The notes beneath the pieces are model-generated. The model made no database searches and had not been told where the DNA came from. It saw only the letters and a list, made by a program, of their open reading frames with translations. A stretch of DNA of 64,000 nt from Hemiscyllium ocellatum (lineage: Eukaryota), in assembly GCF_020745735.1 (NCBI RefSeq), contig NC_083409.1, positions 9,227,534 to 9,291,533 of the forward strand. The letters run 5' to 3'. Position 1 is the stretch's first letter; each line of letters opens with the position of its first letter. Below are positions 62,641-64,000 of the stretch, one piece after another. Made by a program: the position numbers and the translations under genes.

Positions 62641-64000
62641 ACGCATTGATCATACATTACAAACCAGAACATATGGAAGACATATGTGAGACACAACTGC
62701 AGAATTGTGTCCAATTGTGGTCTGCTTATTAGATTAGATTACTTATAGTATGGAAACAGGCCCCTCGACCCAACAAGTCCTCACTGACCCTCCCAAGAGC
62801 AACCCACCCAAACACATTCCCTTACACCTAACACCATTTGAGGAAGGATGTGGTGGCACTGGAGGCTGTTCAGAGGATGTTCCCCAGACTGATTCCAGGG
62901 ATGAAAGGGCTGTCCTATGAGGAGCAGTTAAATAGCTTGGGCTTGTACTCACTGGAGTTCAAAAGAATGAAGAAGGATCTGATTGAGGGATAGAAAATGT
63001 GAAAAGGGATTGAGAAGGTGGATATTGAATAGATGCCTCCCCCCTTGCGGGACAGTCTGGAACAAGAGGTCATCGATATAGAGTGAGAGGCGGTAGGTTC
63101 AAAACTGAAATGAGGAGAAACGACTTCTCCCAGAGGGTTGTGAATCTGTGAAACTCAATGCCCCAGAGTGCAGTGGAGGCAGAATCAATCAACAGGTTCA
63201 AGAACGATGTGTTCCTGATGAAACGTGAGATAAAGAGCGATGGGGAGCAGGCAGGAGAGTGGAGTTGAGACCAGGATAAGATCAGCCACAGTCATGTTAA
63301 ATGGCGGAGCGGGGTTGAAGGGCTGAATTGCCTCCTCCTGCCCCGAATTCCTATGTTGAGCATACAGTCAAGGATGACACTGCAAAACTGAGGGAGCTGT
63401 TGTCTTTCAGGTGAGGTACAAAACAGAGATCCTGCCTCAATATATCGAACTGTACTATATCCCCCCGTGTGACAAATGCTGGAATTTAAATTCAAATCAC
63501 AAAGCAAGCCTCATTAATGTGACAACGATAATGATCCCTGATTGCTGTCCAGCCTCAGCCTTCCCCAGTCTGGACTTCATTGGACTCCAGCCCCACAGCA
63601 ATCTGGTTAACTCTAGGTGCCTTCTGAGAGGCCACAGCAAGGCCAGCAGTTCAAGGGCAATTAGTCTTGGGTAACAAATGCTGATCGATGCCAGTGACAC
63701 CCACCTCCCAGAAAACAGAATGCAACAGAGATTGGTGTCAGCCAAAATTGTCAGATCAGACTCCCAATGAGATGGGGAGATGGTTCAAATGAATTCAGCT
63801 CAGTATGGAACAGGTCCCCACTTGTTAGCACATCATCACTGACAAAATAAGGGGAGAAAACAGAAAAATAAAGGTGAGAACACTCGAATGTCGGAATATC
63901 ACTGAGAATTCAGGCAACTGAAGGAAGATATGAAGACCTGCAAAGGAAGACAAAAAGGAAGCAAGAGTTAAAAAAAATGATTGAGAAAGAGACCTGCAAG

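Overview
Cartilaginous-fish (shark) genomic DNA, inferred from the light-chain sequence and the HE1-type SINE/CR1/Penelope repeat content. The window holds two kappa-type (nurse-shark NS4-like) immunoglobulin light-chain clusters arranged head-to-head about 39 kb apart. Both carry germline-joined VJ exons with no RSS. Cluster 1 (minus strand, 5013-5581) has an intact promoter, leader, splice sites and V frame, and is out of frame by only one base at a TTT run in the V-J junction; its C exon should lie left of the window. Cluster 2 (plus strand, 44382-55213) is a pseudogene: broken octamer, three stops, a CDR1 deletion, an out-of-frame junction, a mutated J donor and a mutated C acceptor, yet an intact C reading frame. 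Both clusters keep an upstream non-coding block with a PU.1/IRF composite site (EICE), an E-box and a RUNX site at identical spacing, a candidate shark light-chain enhancer. The rest is dense retroelement debris: CR1-like LINEs, SINEs, Penelope-like elements whose termini carry minimal hammerhead-ribozyme motifs (including a 137-bp TSD-flanked mini-element), and a Gmr1-like Gypsy remnant. There is one 128-N assembly gap. Most repeat boundaries are approximate, and all identities were counted by eye.
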